DNA of 64,000 nt from an uncultured Sulfuricurvum sp. (GTDB lineage: Bacteria; Campylobacterota; Campylobacteria; Campylobacterales; Sulfurimonadaceae), in NCBI GenBank assembly GCA_964491035.1, contig CAZBIR010000003.1:1940-65939 (forward strand). The letters are read 5' to 3'. Shown piece by piece: positions 1 through 9,788 of the stretch. Within the stretch, counting starts at the first letter, position 1. The number at the start of each line of letters is the position of its first letter. Made by a program: the position numbers and the translations under genes. The notes under the pieces were generated by a model, which did not search any database, was not told the DNA's origin, and worked only from the letters and a program-made list of their open reading frames with translations.

Positions 1-60
1 TAATTATTCATTGAGAAAAACAATCTACAATCTAGTCAGATCAATTCTAAAGGACAGACG

Positions 61-627
61 ATGAAAATGAATCTATTAACGACGATTTTGGCCGGATTGA
101 TGATCGGCTCCGGTGCCGCTTCGGCGGCATTGTACAAGGTGGACGTATCCCACTCGAACGTGGGATTCAAAGTCAAGCACATGATGATCAGCACCGTAAC
201 CGGGAAATTCGGCAACTTTAGCGGGACGTATGAACTGGACAAAGGAGTTTTCAAATCGCTTCGCGGGGACATCAAAGCCGCATCGGTTGATACGGGAATC
301 GCCAAGCGTGACGATCACCTGCGCGCTCCCGATTTTTTCGATGTCGCCAAATACGGCGATATCACGTTTGTCATGACCGGGGCGACCAGGGATAAAATGA
401 GCGGGAACCTGACGATCCGCGGCATCACGAAAAAAGTGACCCTTGATATCGATATGGGAGGGGTAGTCACTGATCCGTGGGGAAACCAGCGTTCGGGATT
501 CGTCCTCACCGGGCAGATCAACCGGAAAGATTTCGGGCTGAACTGGAACAAGGCGATCGAGGCGGGCGGCGTTGTCGTCGGGGATGAAGTGAAACTGATC
601 GTCGAGATCGAGGGGATTGAAGAGTAA
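61..627 (+). CDS. YceI-family periplasmic polyisoprenoid-binding protein
   Basis: Signal peptide; YKVDVSHSNVGFKVKHM, RDDHLRAPDFFD and INRKDFGLNW motifs typical of YceI; AAGGA RBS upstream. Confidence 0.92.
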   Translation: MKMNLLTTILAGLMIGSGAASAALYKVDVSHSNVGFKVKHMMISTVTGKFGNFSGTYELDKGVFKSLRGDIKAASVDTGIAKRDDHLRAPDFFDVAKYGDITFVMTGATRDKMSGNLTIRGITKKVTLDIDMGGVVTDPWGNQRSGFVLTGQINRKDFGLNWNKAIEAGGVVVGDEVKLIVEIEGIEE

Positions 628-628
628 T

Positions 629-1030
629 TTAAAATATTTTGATGAAGCCGTCCCGCTTGGGGCGGAATCCCTCCAGATCGGCGAGTCTGATCCCTCTATG
701 AATTCCCCACACGATCATTTTTTTGCAGGTATGCATTTTGGCGTAATCTCCCAGGTAATCGATCATTTCACGGCTGTGTTTTTCGCTTCCTTCGCGGGCG
801 ACAAAATCATCGACCAGGAGGTAGCGGCCGAGTTCGAGATTTTCATGGATGCTGACCCCGGCGTATACCTGCAACCCCCCCCGTTCAAAGGCGCCGAGGG
901 GACGATAGGTGTGCGGGGAAGCGGTGCTGAGATAAGCCAAATACACTTCGAGTGTGAGTTCGGATCGGAGAGTGGAAAGGAGTGCATATGCCTCCCCACA
1001 TTCAGAGGAGGCAAGTTCTCTAAACTGCAT
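629..1030 (-). CDS. GNAT-family N-acetyltransferase-like protein
   Basis: 133 aa; LRSEL...RYLLVDDFVAREG pattern resembles small GNATs; ATG directly abuts the valS stop. Confidence 0.6.
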   Translation of the reverse strand: MQFRELASSECGEAYALLSTLRSELTLEVYLAYLSTASPHTYRPLGAFERGGLQVYAGVSIHENLELGRYLLVDDFVAREGSEKHSREMIDYLGDYAKMHTCKKMIVWGIHRGIRLADLEGFRPKRDGFIKIF

Positions 1031-3649
1031 TCAGCGTCCAAGCGAAGCGAGCTGGACGTCGATTTTAGCCATTTTCTCCTGTGCGTCGGCCAGTCCCTCG
1101 CGGTTCGTGGCGATGACCGCTTCGGGGGCATTGGCGACGAAGCGCTCGTTGCTGAGCATGCCCGAGAGTTTATCCGCCTCTTTCTGGAGCTTTTCACGCT
1201 GCTTTGTGAGGCGGTCGATGATCGGGGAGAGGTCGATCGCATCGGTCGGGAGATACACCTCGACGCTCTCGCCCAGGTCGCTGATCGCGTTTTCGACTTT
1301 CGCATCGCTAAAGCGCACTTCCTCCACTTTGGCCAGACGGGCGATAAACGGTGCCATCATCCCGTGGTCCCCGCCGCATTTGACGTAGGCCAGATCGATT
1401 TTCTGGTTCCCCAGGTCGATCAGGGTTTTGGCGCGGCGGATCGTGACGATCGCGTCCATGATGTCGCCGAATTCGGATTCGATCGCTTCGTCGAGGTCGG
1501 TCGTTTCGGGATAGGGTTTGATCATGATCGACTCGCCCGCTTCGAGCGTGGTCCCCGAAAGTTCATGATAGAGGTATTCGGTGATGAACGGCATAAACGG
1601 GTGGAGGAGTTTCATCGATTCCTTGTAGATGCTTCCCAGCTCCGCGATGCTCTCCTTGGACGCTTTGGAGAGTTCGATTCCCCAGTCGCAGAATTCGTTC
1701 CACAAGAAGCGGTAGAGAACCGTGGCGGCGTCGTTGAAACGGTACTCGTCCATGAAAGAGCGCGTCTCGGCGGTGGCACGGCGGAAGCGCACGAGCATGT
1801 AGCGCCCCAGCGGGGTGGTTATCTCCTGGTCGTTCAGGTCGGCAAACGTCGGGACGTTCATCTGCAAAAAGCGTGCGGCGTTGAAGAGCTTGTTGGTAAA
1901 GTTGCGGCTTTGTTCGAGTTTATCGGTGCTCAGACGGATGTCGCGCCCCTGCACCGCGAGGATGGCGAGGGTAAAGCGCAGCGCGTCGGCGCTGTATTGT
2001 TCCACCATGTCGAGCGGGTCGATGACGTTTCCTTTGGATTTGGACATCTTCTGGCCGTGCTCATCACGCACGAGGGCGTGGAGGTAGATGTGATTGAACG
2101 GAAGTTCACCCGTAAACGTTTCTCCCATCATCATCATCCGGGCGACCCAGAAAAAGAGGATGTCGAATCCGGTGATGAGGAGGGTATTGGGATAGAACTT
2201 CGCCATATCTTCGCTCTGGAAGAGCCGATCGGCGGCGGTATCGCCGTTCCCCCATCCCAGCGTCGAAAACGGCCACAACGCCGAGCTGAACCACGTGTCG
2301 AGGACGTCGGGGTCCTGCGCAAAGTTTTTGCCCGAACAGTGGGGGCAGGATGCGGGTTCGTCCTCGAGGCTCGCCCACTCATGGCCGCAGTCGTCGCAGT
2401 AAAATACGGGGATCCGGTGGCCCCACCACAGCTGGCGGGAGATACACCAGTCGCGCAGGTCGTTCATCCACGCGTTATAGCTGTTAATCCAGTGAGGAGG
2501 GAAGAACTGCGCCAGCCCGGCGTTCGTTTTTTCGATGGAGCCTTTGGCGACCTCTTTGCGAACGAACCACTGTTTGGAGATGTAGGGTTCGACGACGTTT
2601 TTGCAGCGGTAGCAGTGGCCCACCTGGTGGGTGTGTTCTTCGATTTTCTCGATGAACCCCTCTTCTTCGAGCCGTTTGACGATGATGGCGCGCGCTTCGA
2701 GCCGTTCAAGCCCTTTGAATTCCCCCGCATGGTCGTTGAGGATCCCTTTTTCATCGAACACGGTGATGAATTCGAGGTCGTGGCGTTTGCCCACTTCGTA
2801 GTCGTTCGTATCGTGCGCCGGGGTGACCTTGACGACCCCCGTCCCGAATTCGCGGTCGACGTGGCCGTCGGCGATGATTCGGATCTCCCGTCCGATGAGG
2901 GGGAGGGTGATGCTTTTGCCGATCAGGTGGAGGTAGCGTTCATCATCAGGATGGACCATGATGGCGGTGTCGCCGAAATAGGTTTCGGGGCGGGTTGTGG
3001 CGACCGTGATGTGACCGCTGCCGTCGCTGAAGGGGTAGCGGATGTGATAGAAGTGCCCCTGGTGTTCCTCGTGCTCGACCTCGATGTCGCTGAGCGCCCC
3101 GTCATGGGTACACCAGTTGACCATGTAGTTGCCCCGGACGATGAGGTTCTGGTTGTAGAGGTGGACGAACGCCTCCTTCACCGAGTGTTTGAGCCCCTCG
3201 TCCATCGTGAACCGTTCGCGGCTCCAGGCGGGGGAGACCCCGAGTTTACGCATCTGGCCGACGATGGTGCCGCCGCTGTGCTCTTTCCATTTCCAGACCC
3301 GCTCCAGAAATGCCTCGCGCCCGAGTTCTTCTTTGGTCTTTCCTTCGGCGAGGAGCTGTTTTTCGACGACGTTCTGGGTCGCGATCCCGGCGTGGTCGGT
3401 TCCCGGCTGCCAGAGTGCGGCGTAGCCGTCCATCCGCTTGTAACGGGTGATGATGTCGATGAGGGTATGGTTGAGGGCATGGCCGATGTGGAGTGATCCG
3501 GTGACGTTGGGCGGGGGGAGCATGATCGCAAAATGCTTCCCTTCTTTTTGGATGGAACGATTGCCGTCAATCTCGAAATACCCCCGGTTTTCCCAGATAG
3601 GATAATAAGAAGATTCAATATTTTTGGGGTCGTAATGGGTAGAAGACAT
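1031..3649 (-). CDS. valS: Valine--tRNA ligase
   Basis: PPPNVTGSLHIGHA (HIGH), WCISRQLWWGH, KMSKS and C-terminal coiled coil; start set at MSSTHYDPK (ATG 3649). Confidence 0.98.
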   Translation of the reverse strand: MSSTHYDPKNIESSYYPIWENRGYFEIDGNRSIQKEGKHFAIMLPPPNVTGSLHIGHALNHTLIDIITRYKRMDGYAALWQPGTDHAGIATQNVVEKQLLAEGKTKEELGREAFLERVWKWKEHSGGTIVGQMRKLGVSPAWSRERFTMDEGLKHSVKEAFVHLYNQNLIVRGNYMVNWCTHDGALSDIEVEHEEHQGHFYHIRYPFSDGSGHITVATTRPETYFGDTAIMVHPDDERYLHLIGKSITLPLIGREIRIIADGHVDREFGTGVVKVTPAHDTNDYEVGKRHDLEFITVFDEKGILNDHAGEFKGLERLEARAIIVKRLEEEGFIEKIEEHTHQVGHCYRCKNVVEPYISKQWFVRKEVAKGSIEKTNAGLAQFFPPHWINSYNAWMNDLRDWCISRQLWWGHRIPVFYCDDCGHEWASLEDEPASCPHCSGKNFAQDPDVLDTWFSSALWPFSTLGWGNGDTAADRLFQSEDMAKFYPNTLLITGFDILFFWVARMMMMGETFTGELPFNHIYLHALVRDEHGQKMSKSKGNVIDPLDMVEQYSADALRFTLAILAVQGRDIRLSTDKLEQSRNFTNKLFNAARFLQMNVPTFADLNDQEITTPLGRYMLVRFRRATAETRSFMDEYRFNDAATVLYRFLWNEFCDWGIELSKASKESIAELGSIYKESMKLLHPFMPFITEYLYHELSGTTLEAGESIMIKPYPETTDLDEAIESEFGDIMDAIVTIRRAKTLIDLGNQKIDLAYVKCGGDHGMMAPFIARLAKVEEVRFSDAKVENAISDLGESVEVYLPTDAIDLSPIIDRLTKQREKLQKEADKLSGMLSNERFVANAPEAVIATNREGLADAQEKMAKIDVQLASLGR

Positions 3650-3679
3650 AATCAGCCTTGAAAACAGAAATATACGCGA

Positions 3680-3706
3680 ATTATACCAAAACATTTGTGC
3701 TATACT
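3680..3706. promoter_or_regulatory. Divergent extended -10 promoters for valS (TGGTATAAT, minus, 3680-3688) and fliW (TGCTATACT, plus, 3698-3706)
   Basis: Both match the TGn-TATAAT housekeeping promoter typical of Campylobacterota and lie at sensible distances from the starts. Confidence 0.6.
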
Positions 3707-3735
3707 AATGGGTATCCAAGCTAGAAGGAGTCTTT

Positions 3736-4116
3736 ATGAAGTACGAAGTCAAGTCGAGTATCTTGGGGTTTGAAAATCTTCAGTGCGTTGAACTCAAAGA
3801 GGTGGACGAGGTATTCTCGACCCTGAGCAGTTGTGATGGAGATGTCAGTTTTACCGTGATCAATCCGTACGCACTTCGCGAATATTCGTTCGATTTGCCG
3901 ACGCCTATCCGCGTTTTGCTGGATATCAATGAAAATTCAAATGTGCTGGTATATAATATCGTTGTTATTCAAGATCCTCGCGACGAATCGTGCATCAACT
4001 TTCTTGCTCCACTGATTTTCAACCAAGATAACGGTCTGATGGCGCAAGCCGTATTGAATGCCAAAGAACATCCCGATCTGGGAATGGCTGAGCCGATCAA
4101 AAATTACAAGTCGTAA
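3736..4116 (+). CDS. fliW: Flagellar assembly factor FliW (CsrA antagonist)
   Basis: ILGFE...INPYALREYSFDLP...INFLAPLIFN...MAQAVL pattern; AAGGAG RBS. Confidence 0.92.
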   Translation: MKYEVKSSILGFENLQCVELKEVDEVFSTLSSCDGDVSFTVINPYALREYSFDLPTPIRVLLDINENSNVLVYNIVVIQDPRDESCINFLAPLIFNQDNGLMAQAVLNAKEHPDLGMAEPIKNYKS

Positions 4117-4151
4117 AAGCCCGCCTTTGATAAAGGGCTTCAAGGAGCCCT

Positions 4152-6230
4152 TTGCCTCTCTCTCGCCTCAACTCCCATCAATACAGTGCCGCTACCGCCC
4201 CTTTCGGACACAACCTGATCATTGCATCGGCCGGAACCGGTAAAACATCGACGATTGTCGGACGGATCGCCTACCTTCTCTCACAGGGGATTCAACCCAA
4301 CGAAATTTTGCTTCTGACGTTCACGAACAAGGCCGCGCAGGAGATGGTGGAGCGGGTTGCCGCGTTTTTCGGTCGGGAAATCGCCTCGAAAATCGATGCG
4401 GGGACGTTTCACGCGGTCAGCTACCGATGGCTCAAACGGCAGGAGGGGAAGGTTGTTCTCAAGCAGCAGCGGGAGCTCAAAACCCTTTTTCGCAGCGTGT
4501 ATGAAAAACGGACGTTCAGTCATATCGACTGTAGCACCCCGGCGTACGGGGCCAATTACCTTTACGATGTTTATTCGTTTTACCAGAACACCGAACTTAA
4601 CATCGACTTCGAAGGATGGATCACGACACGGCAGGACGAACACGCGGTCTATGCGGCGATCTATGCCGATATCGTAGAGGAATTCGAAGCCCTGAAAAAC
4701 GAGTACGGCTTCGTCAATTTCAACGATCTGCTGCTGTTGATGCGTAAACTCGCTTCGGGGAGCGACCTGGGGTACAGGGAAGTGTTGATTGACGAGTACC
4801 AGGACACCAACGCACTGCAGGGAACGCTGATCAATGCGATGAAGCCCCCTTCGCTGTTTTGCGTCGGGGATTATGACCAGAGTATCTATGCGTTTAACGG
4901 GGCGGATATTTCGATTATCGGTTCATTCGAAAAGAATTATCCCGGGGCCAAAATCCACACGCTGAACAAGAATTACCGCTCTACCGTCCCGATCCTCTCG
5001 CTGGCCAATACCGTCATTTCGTACAATGAACGGATCTATCCCAAGGCACTGGAGGTGACCCGGACCGGGGACGCCCATAACCCCACACTGCTTATTTACG
5101 ATGAGCTGTTTGACCAGTATCACGGGATCGCCCGGCTGATTGGAGAATCCCTGACCGAACGGGATGAAATCGCGGTGATCTTCCGCAATAATGCTTCGGC
5201 CGACGGGATTGAAGCGGCCTTGCGCGAACTGGGGATCCCCTGCCGCCGACGGGGAGGGGTGAGCTTTTTTGACTCCAGGGAGGTTAAAGCGCTGCTGGAT
5301 ATTTACACCCTGCTGGTCAACGAATCGGACATGATGGCTTTCATTCACCTGTTTGATTACGCCAAAGGGGTGGGCAGTGCAGTGGCCAAGGAGTTGTTCG
5401 TCGCCCTCCAGAAACTGGGACACGGTTCGTTTTTGCGTGGTCTTTTTTCCCCCGATACCCAAATCAACAATCCGTTTGAAAAACGGAAACTTAACCACCA
5501 GCTGGGGCTGTTTGATGATTTTGCGGAGATGGGAAGTGCGGGGCGGTTTGCCAAACTCTCGATCGAATCGATGTTTTTGACCAACCCTATCTTCAAACAC
5601 CCCAAACTGACCAAGGAGAGTGCGATTTTTCTCAACGACATGTATTTGTTGTTCAAACAGTTACGCAATATCGCCGAACCTAAAGTAGCGGTCCAGAAGA
5701 TTGCCGTTTCACCGCTTTATGCCCACACGGTCGAGCAGCTTTCCCACCGACGGGCGATGAACGAGAACGGTGCGGTGGACGAACGGGCAAAAACCGAAGC
5801 CAAAGAACGGATTCTTCGCAAAGCGACCGTATTGTTTGAACTTTCCCGTCCATACAAGGAGCACGAGCGGTTTTTAAATGCGATGGTACTGGGATCACAG
5901 GACCTGACGCAGGGGGAAGGGGTTCATCTGCTCAGTATCCATGCCTCCAAAGGGCTTGAATATAAAGAGGTGTATGTGATCGATTTGATGGATGGCCGGT
6001 TTCCTAACCGGAAACTGATGAGCCGCAGTGGCAGCATCGAAGAGGAGCGGCGTCTTTTTTATGTCGCCGTTACGCGGGCAAAAGACCGTCTCTATCTGAG
6101 TTATGCCAAATTCGACAAAATCAAGAAGAGCAATTTCGTCCCTTCCCAATTTGTGTTTGAAGCGGGTTTGATACCCAAAGACGAAACGTATATCGCTTTG
6201 GTGGCCAAAGGATCGGCCGAAGAGGGGTGA
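4152..6230 (+). CDS. UvrD/Rep-family ATP-dependent DNA helicase
   Basis: ASAGTGKT, LTFTNKAAQEM, DEYQDTN, VGDYDQSIY, NYRS, SIHASKGLEY and EERRLFYVAVTRAK motifs; TTG start with AAGGAG. Confidence 0.93.
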   Translation: MPLSRLNSHQYSAATAPFGHNLIIASAGTGKTSTIVGRIAYLLSQGIQPNEILLLTFTNKAAQEMVERVAAFFGREIASKIDAGTFHAVSYRWLKRQEGKVVLKQQRELKTLFRSVYEKRTFSHIDCSTPAYGANYLYDVYSFYQNTELNIDFEGWITTRQDEHAVYAAIYADIVEEFEALKNEYGFVNFNDLLLLMRKLASGSDLGYREVLIDEYQDTNALQGTLINAMKPPSLFCVGDYDQSIYAFNGADISIIGSFEKNYPGAKIHTLNKNYRSTVPILSLANTVISYNERIYPKALEVTRTGDAHNPTLLIYDELFDQYHGIARLIGESLTERDEIAVIFRNNASADGIEAALRELGIPCRRRGGVSFFDSREVKALLDIYTLLVNESDMMAFIHLFDYAKGVGSAVAKELFVALQKLGHGSFLRGLFSPDTQINNPFEKRKLNHQLGLFDDFAEMGSAGRFAKLSIESMFLTNPIFKHPKLTKESAIFLNDMYLLFKQLRNIAEPKVAVQKIAVSPLYAHTVEQLSHRRAMNENGAVDERAKTEAKERILRKATVLFELSRPYKEHERFLNAMVLGSQDLTQGEGVHLLSIHASKGLEYKEVYVIDLMDGRFPNRKLMSRSGSIEEERRLFYVAVTRAKDRLYLSYAKFDKIKKSNFVPSQFVFEAGLIPKDETYIALVAKGSAEEG

Positions 6231-6243
6231 TTTTCCCTCCGTG

Positions 6244-7491
6244 TTAGCGGCGTCCCTGAACGGCATTCCCCATTTCCCACATCGGCAGGAAGATTCCCAA
6301 TGCCAGCAGAACAACCATGGCGGCAATGATGAGGAGCATGATCGGCTCGATCGCTTCGGAGAGCCCATCAATAATCGCGTCAAAGCGCATTTTGTAATAC
6401 TCCATGACCTTTTGCATCATTGCGTCCAGCTGTCCGCTAGATTCCCCGGCAGAGATCATCTGGATGATCATGTTTTCAAACAGTTTCGTTTCGGCCAGCC
6501 CGGCATGGAGCGTTCCCCCCTTTTCGACGGTCTGGCGAACAGTAAGGAGCTTTTCCTGAAGCGGTAGAGTGTCGATCATCGCGATCGAGGTTTCCAGCGC
6601 TTCGGCGATTGGAATACCGGCGCGCACCAGCTCCGAAAAGACGAGGGTAAAACGGTTGAGAGTGGCGAACATGATGATGTTTTTGATCAGGTAGGTCCGC
6701 AGTAGAAACTGGTGCCATCTGAATCGGAATTCACGACTGTGATTGAGCGCGTAGCGGAAAGCAAAGACAAATATAATGATTCCCGCCAATACGTACAGGC
6801 CGTACGTATTGAACAAATGTTCGAGGAAAAGAAGAATCTTTGTCGGTACCGGCAGTTCGGCGCCCAGCTGTTCAAAGATTGTTTTGAACTGCGGGACGAC
6901 GTAGGAAATGAGGATCGTAAAGGCAATCGCCATCGCAATCATGACGTTGCGCGGATAGGCCATCGCTTTTTTGAATTTGATGATGTTGCGGCGGATCTCT
7001 TCGAGCATATCGGCGAGTTTGTGGAGTGCTTCGGCCATATTCCCCGTTTTTTCCCCCAGTTCGATCATCGCGAGTGAAAGATTGCCCAGCTCGTAATTGA
7101 ATTTGTGAGCAGAAGCAGAGAGGCTGTGCCCGGCGTTGATGTCTTCGGCCATCGTGCCCAGAACGTTTTGCAGGACTTTGTCGGTTGTGGCATCGGCGAT
7201 CTCTTTGAGCGAGTCGTGGATCGAAATTCCGGCATTCGTCATAACGGCCAGCTGACGGATCGCCGCGATCAGCGCGTCCTGTTTGAGTTTTCGTTTTCGG
7301 ACGTTACTGAAAAAAGTCTCCTTCATACGGCGAAGCTGGTCTTCCAGCGGCGGAGATGCTTCAATGATTTTAAGGACCATGCCGGTGAATTTGATCTTGG
7401 CCAGGTAATGGGCCTCTTTTTTGCTTTCGGCGTAAAATCCGTGGTCGGTTTTCTTCCCCTTGGAGAGGACTGTTGCTATAAAATACTTCAT
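6244..7491 (-). CDS. GspF/PilC-family inner-membrane platform protein (CtsF-like)
   Basis: RQLAVMTNAGI, LGEKTGNM, AMAYP, GESSGQLD and EPIMLL repeats of the T2SSF domain. Confidence 0.92.
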   Translation of the reverse strand: MKYFIATVLSKGKKTDHGFYAESKKEAHYLAKIKFTGMVLKIIEASPPLEDQLRRMKETFFSNVRKRKLKQDALIAAIRQLAVMTNAGISIHDSLKEIADATTDKVLQNVLGTMAEDINAGHSLSASAHKFNYELGNLSLAMIELGEKTGNMAEALHKLADMLEEIRRNIIKFKKAMAYPRNVMIAMAIAFTILISYVVPQFKTIFEQLGAELPVPTKILLFLEHLFNTYGLYVLAGIIIFVFAFRYALNHSREFRFRWHQFLLRTYLIKNIIMFATLNRFTLVFSELVRAGIPIAEALETSIAMIDTLPLQEKLLTVRQTVEKGGTLHAGLAETKLFENMIIQMISAGESSGQLDAMMQKVMEYYKMRFDAIIDGLSEAIEPIMLLIIAAMVVLLALGIFLPMWEMGNAVQGRR

Positions 7492-9224
7492 CCTTTTGCC
7501 ACCCTTAATATTTCATCCATTGAGGTAATCCCGGCCACTGCCTTGGCCATCCCGTTTTCAAACATTCCGACAAATCCCTCTTTTTTCGCCTCCCGTATCA
7601 GATCATCTTTTGAAGCGCCACGGGCAATCATGCTGGAGAGCTCTTCGGTGATCGGCAACACTTCACAGATCATTTCGCGCCCCATATAGCCGGTCCCGTT
7701 ACACTCTTTACACCCTGTCCCGTGATAGAAAACGGTATCCTGGGGGATGTAGGCACTGTATTCCTGCAAAAGGTTTTGGGGAATCGCGATCTCTGTTTTA
7801 CAGTGTTTGCAGATTTTTCGTACCAGCCGCTGTGCCTGAACGGCGACCAGCGCTCCGCTGATGAGGTAGGGTTCGATCCCCATATCGGCCATCCTGGGGA
7901 TGGCACTGATGGCGTCATTGGTGTGGAGCGTCGATATCACCAGGTGTCCGGTCAGGGCCGCCTTTACCGCGATCTCGAGTGTTTCGTGGTCCCGGATCTC
8001 CCCGATCATGATTTTGTCGGGGTCCTGGCGGAGGATGGATCGGAGCGCGTCGGCAAAGGATAATCCGACCTTTGGATTGACCTGTACCTGCTGGATCAAG
8101 TTCATCCGGTACTCAACCGGATCTTCAACCGTAATGACCTTATCTTCGACGTTTCGCAGTTCATTAAGGGCACCATAGAGCGTTGTGGTTTTACCGCTAC
8201 CGGTCGGCCCGGTGACCAGGATAATCCCAAAAGGGGCGTGCAGCGCTTTGATCAGCTTTTGATAACTTACAGAATCCATCCCCGATTCTTCAAGTTTAAC
8301 CAGGGCTTTGGTTTTATCCAGGATACGCATGACGATCGATTCGCCGTAGATGGTAGGAAGCGTTGAGAGACGGAAGTCAAATTCCGCTTCCATAACCATC
8401 GCCGAAAAACGGCCATCCTGCGGTTTACGCCGTTCCGCGATATCGAGGTTGGCCAAAAGTTTGATCCGTGATGCCAGCGGCGGGTAAATATCGCGGTCAA
8501 AGATGAAAATTTCGGTCAGCTTTCCGTCAATCCGTCCTCTCACGGTACAGTTTTTTTCGGTCGGCTCGATGTGGATGTCACTGGCACGCCCTTTGATACA
8601 GGCTTTGAGGATGACGTCAATGAGCTGGAGGATGGAGGAAGCTTCCTGCTGTTCTTCAAGGGTACCGATGTTGCGCAGTTCGTTTCGGATGTTGGTCACG
8701 AGCTCCTTGACGCTGTCTTTCAGTTCGATTTTGAACAGGTAGGCCTGAATCTGTTTTTCGGTGGCTACGGCCACTTTCAGTGATTTCCGGGGAAAAAGGC
8801 GCTGAATCGACTCCTGTGCTTCAATATTGAGAGGATCCGAAAAGACGACGCTCACGTACATGTCATCCTGTGCAATCGGCAATGCATTGTACCGTTTGAG
8901 CTGGGGTGTCGGGATTTTTTCGACGAGACGATAGTCCATATCTATCGAATCCAGGTCGATGAACGGGACTTCTATGACTTCGGCCAGGTGGGCCAGGATA
9001 GCGGCTTCGTCCAGGAAATGGTAGTTTTTGATGATAGAGAGCTCGTACCGTCCCAGCCGTATCTGTTCGACGATAAAACGTTTGATGAAATTGACCGATA
9101 CGGCGCCGACTTTGCTTAGGGTTTCGAGGATGGTATCATCCTGTACCCCCCGCGTCGTGAGACGATCGATCTGTTGTTGGGTAATATGGCGTTTTTCAAG
9201 TAAATCATGTGTGATACGATCCAT
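7488..9224 (-). CDS. GspE/PilB-family assembly ATPase (CtsE-like)
   Basis: ASDIHIEP, GPTGSGKTTT, TVEDPVE, LRQDPDKIMIGEIRD, STLHTN, and tetracysteine CKHC...CKEC. Confidence 0.95.
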   Translation of the reverse strand: MDRITHDLLEKRHITQQQIDRLTTRGVQDDTILETLSKVGAVSVNFIKRFIVEQIRLGRYELSIIKNYHFLDEAAILAHLAEVIEVPFIDLDSIDMDYRLVEKIPTPQLKRYNALPIAQDDMYVSVVFSDPLNIEAQESIQRLFPRKSLKVAVATEKQIQAYLFKIELKDSVKELVTNIRNELRNIGTLEEQQEASSILQLIDVILKACIKGRASDIHIEPTEKNCTVRGRIDGKLTEIFIFDRDIYPPLASRIKLLANLDIAERRKPQDGRFSAMVMEAEFDFRLSTLPTIYGESIVMRILDKTKALVKLEESGMDSVSYQKLIKALHAPFGIILVTGPTGSGKTTTLYGALNELRNVEDKVITVEDPVEYRMNLIQQVQVNPKVGLSFADALRSILRQDPDKIMIGEIRDHETLEIAVKAALTGHLVISTLHTNDAISAIPRMADMGIEPYLISGALVAVQAQRLVRKICKHCKTEIAIPQNLLQEYSAYIPQDTVFYHGTGCKECNGTGYMGREMICEVLPITEELSSMIARGASKDDLIREAKKEGFVGMFENGMAKAVAGITSMDEILRVAKG

Positions 9225-9242
9225 ACCCGTTTCCTTTAAAAT

Positions 9243-9788
9243 TTAATAGGTGTGATGATAGGTTAATATTTTATCATAGTATTCATCAATCGATATGCTG
9301 TTCCGGCCTCCAATTTCGGAAGTATATAATTTATAGCTTTGTCTTGGATTGGTCGGATCGGTATATTCTTTGACAATATCGGCCGGTTTCGGATTTTGGA
9401 GATAGAGATCAAAGACTTTTGAAAGGAGATGACTGCTGGTCGGAAATTTCAGGTTGGTCAAGGGCTTGTTATCATACAGAGCCTGCATCAGCAGTTTTTT
9501 TTGCATCATCAGCAATGAAAAATAGGCACTGTTCGCACGTGCATCAGGTGTGGCATGCAAAGCGGATACGACCGGACCGAGCCGATCGATTTGATCGGCT
9601 TTGAGACACGAAAACCCCAGCAGAGAAACAAAGGTTTCGTTCTGTTTATTTTGGGCAAATAATTTGTAACCGAAATCGCATCCCTGGGCGTATTGCCCTT
9701 TTTGGTAAAAATCGTACAGTTTCTGATTGACGTTGGCGTGTACAACGATATTCATCCCGAGAAACGATAACAGCAGCCACCGTTTCAT
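9243..9788 (-). CDS. Exported hypothetical protein in pilus/cts cluster
   Basis: 181 aa ORF with signal peptide; its ATG overlaps the stop of the upstream gene. Confidence 0.75.
   Translation of the reverse strand: MKRWLLLSFLGMNIVVHANVNQKLYDFYQKGQYAQGCDFGYKLFAQNKQNETFVSLLGFSCLKADQIDRLGPVVSALHATPDARANSAYFSLLMMQKKLLMQALYDNKPLTNLKFPTSSHLLSKVFDLYLQNPKPADIVKEYTDPTNPRQSYKLYTSEIGGRNSISIDEYYDKILTYHHTY

Noticed and set aside
1..35. AT-rich imperfect inverted repeat upstream of the yceI-like gene (possible Fur-type box)
   Set aside because: Poor match and truncated by the window edge
617..3496. 959-aa ORF antisense to valS
   Set aside because: Mirror-frame shadow of a codon-biased gene; no recognisable motifs or RBS
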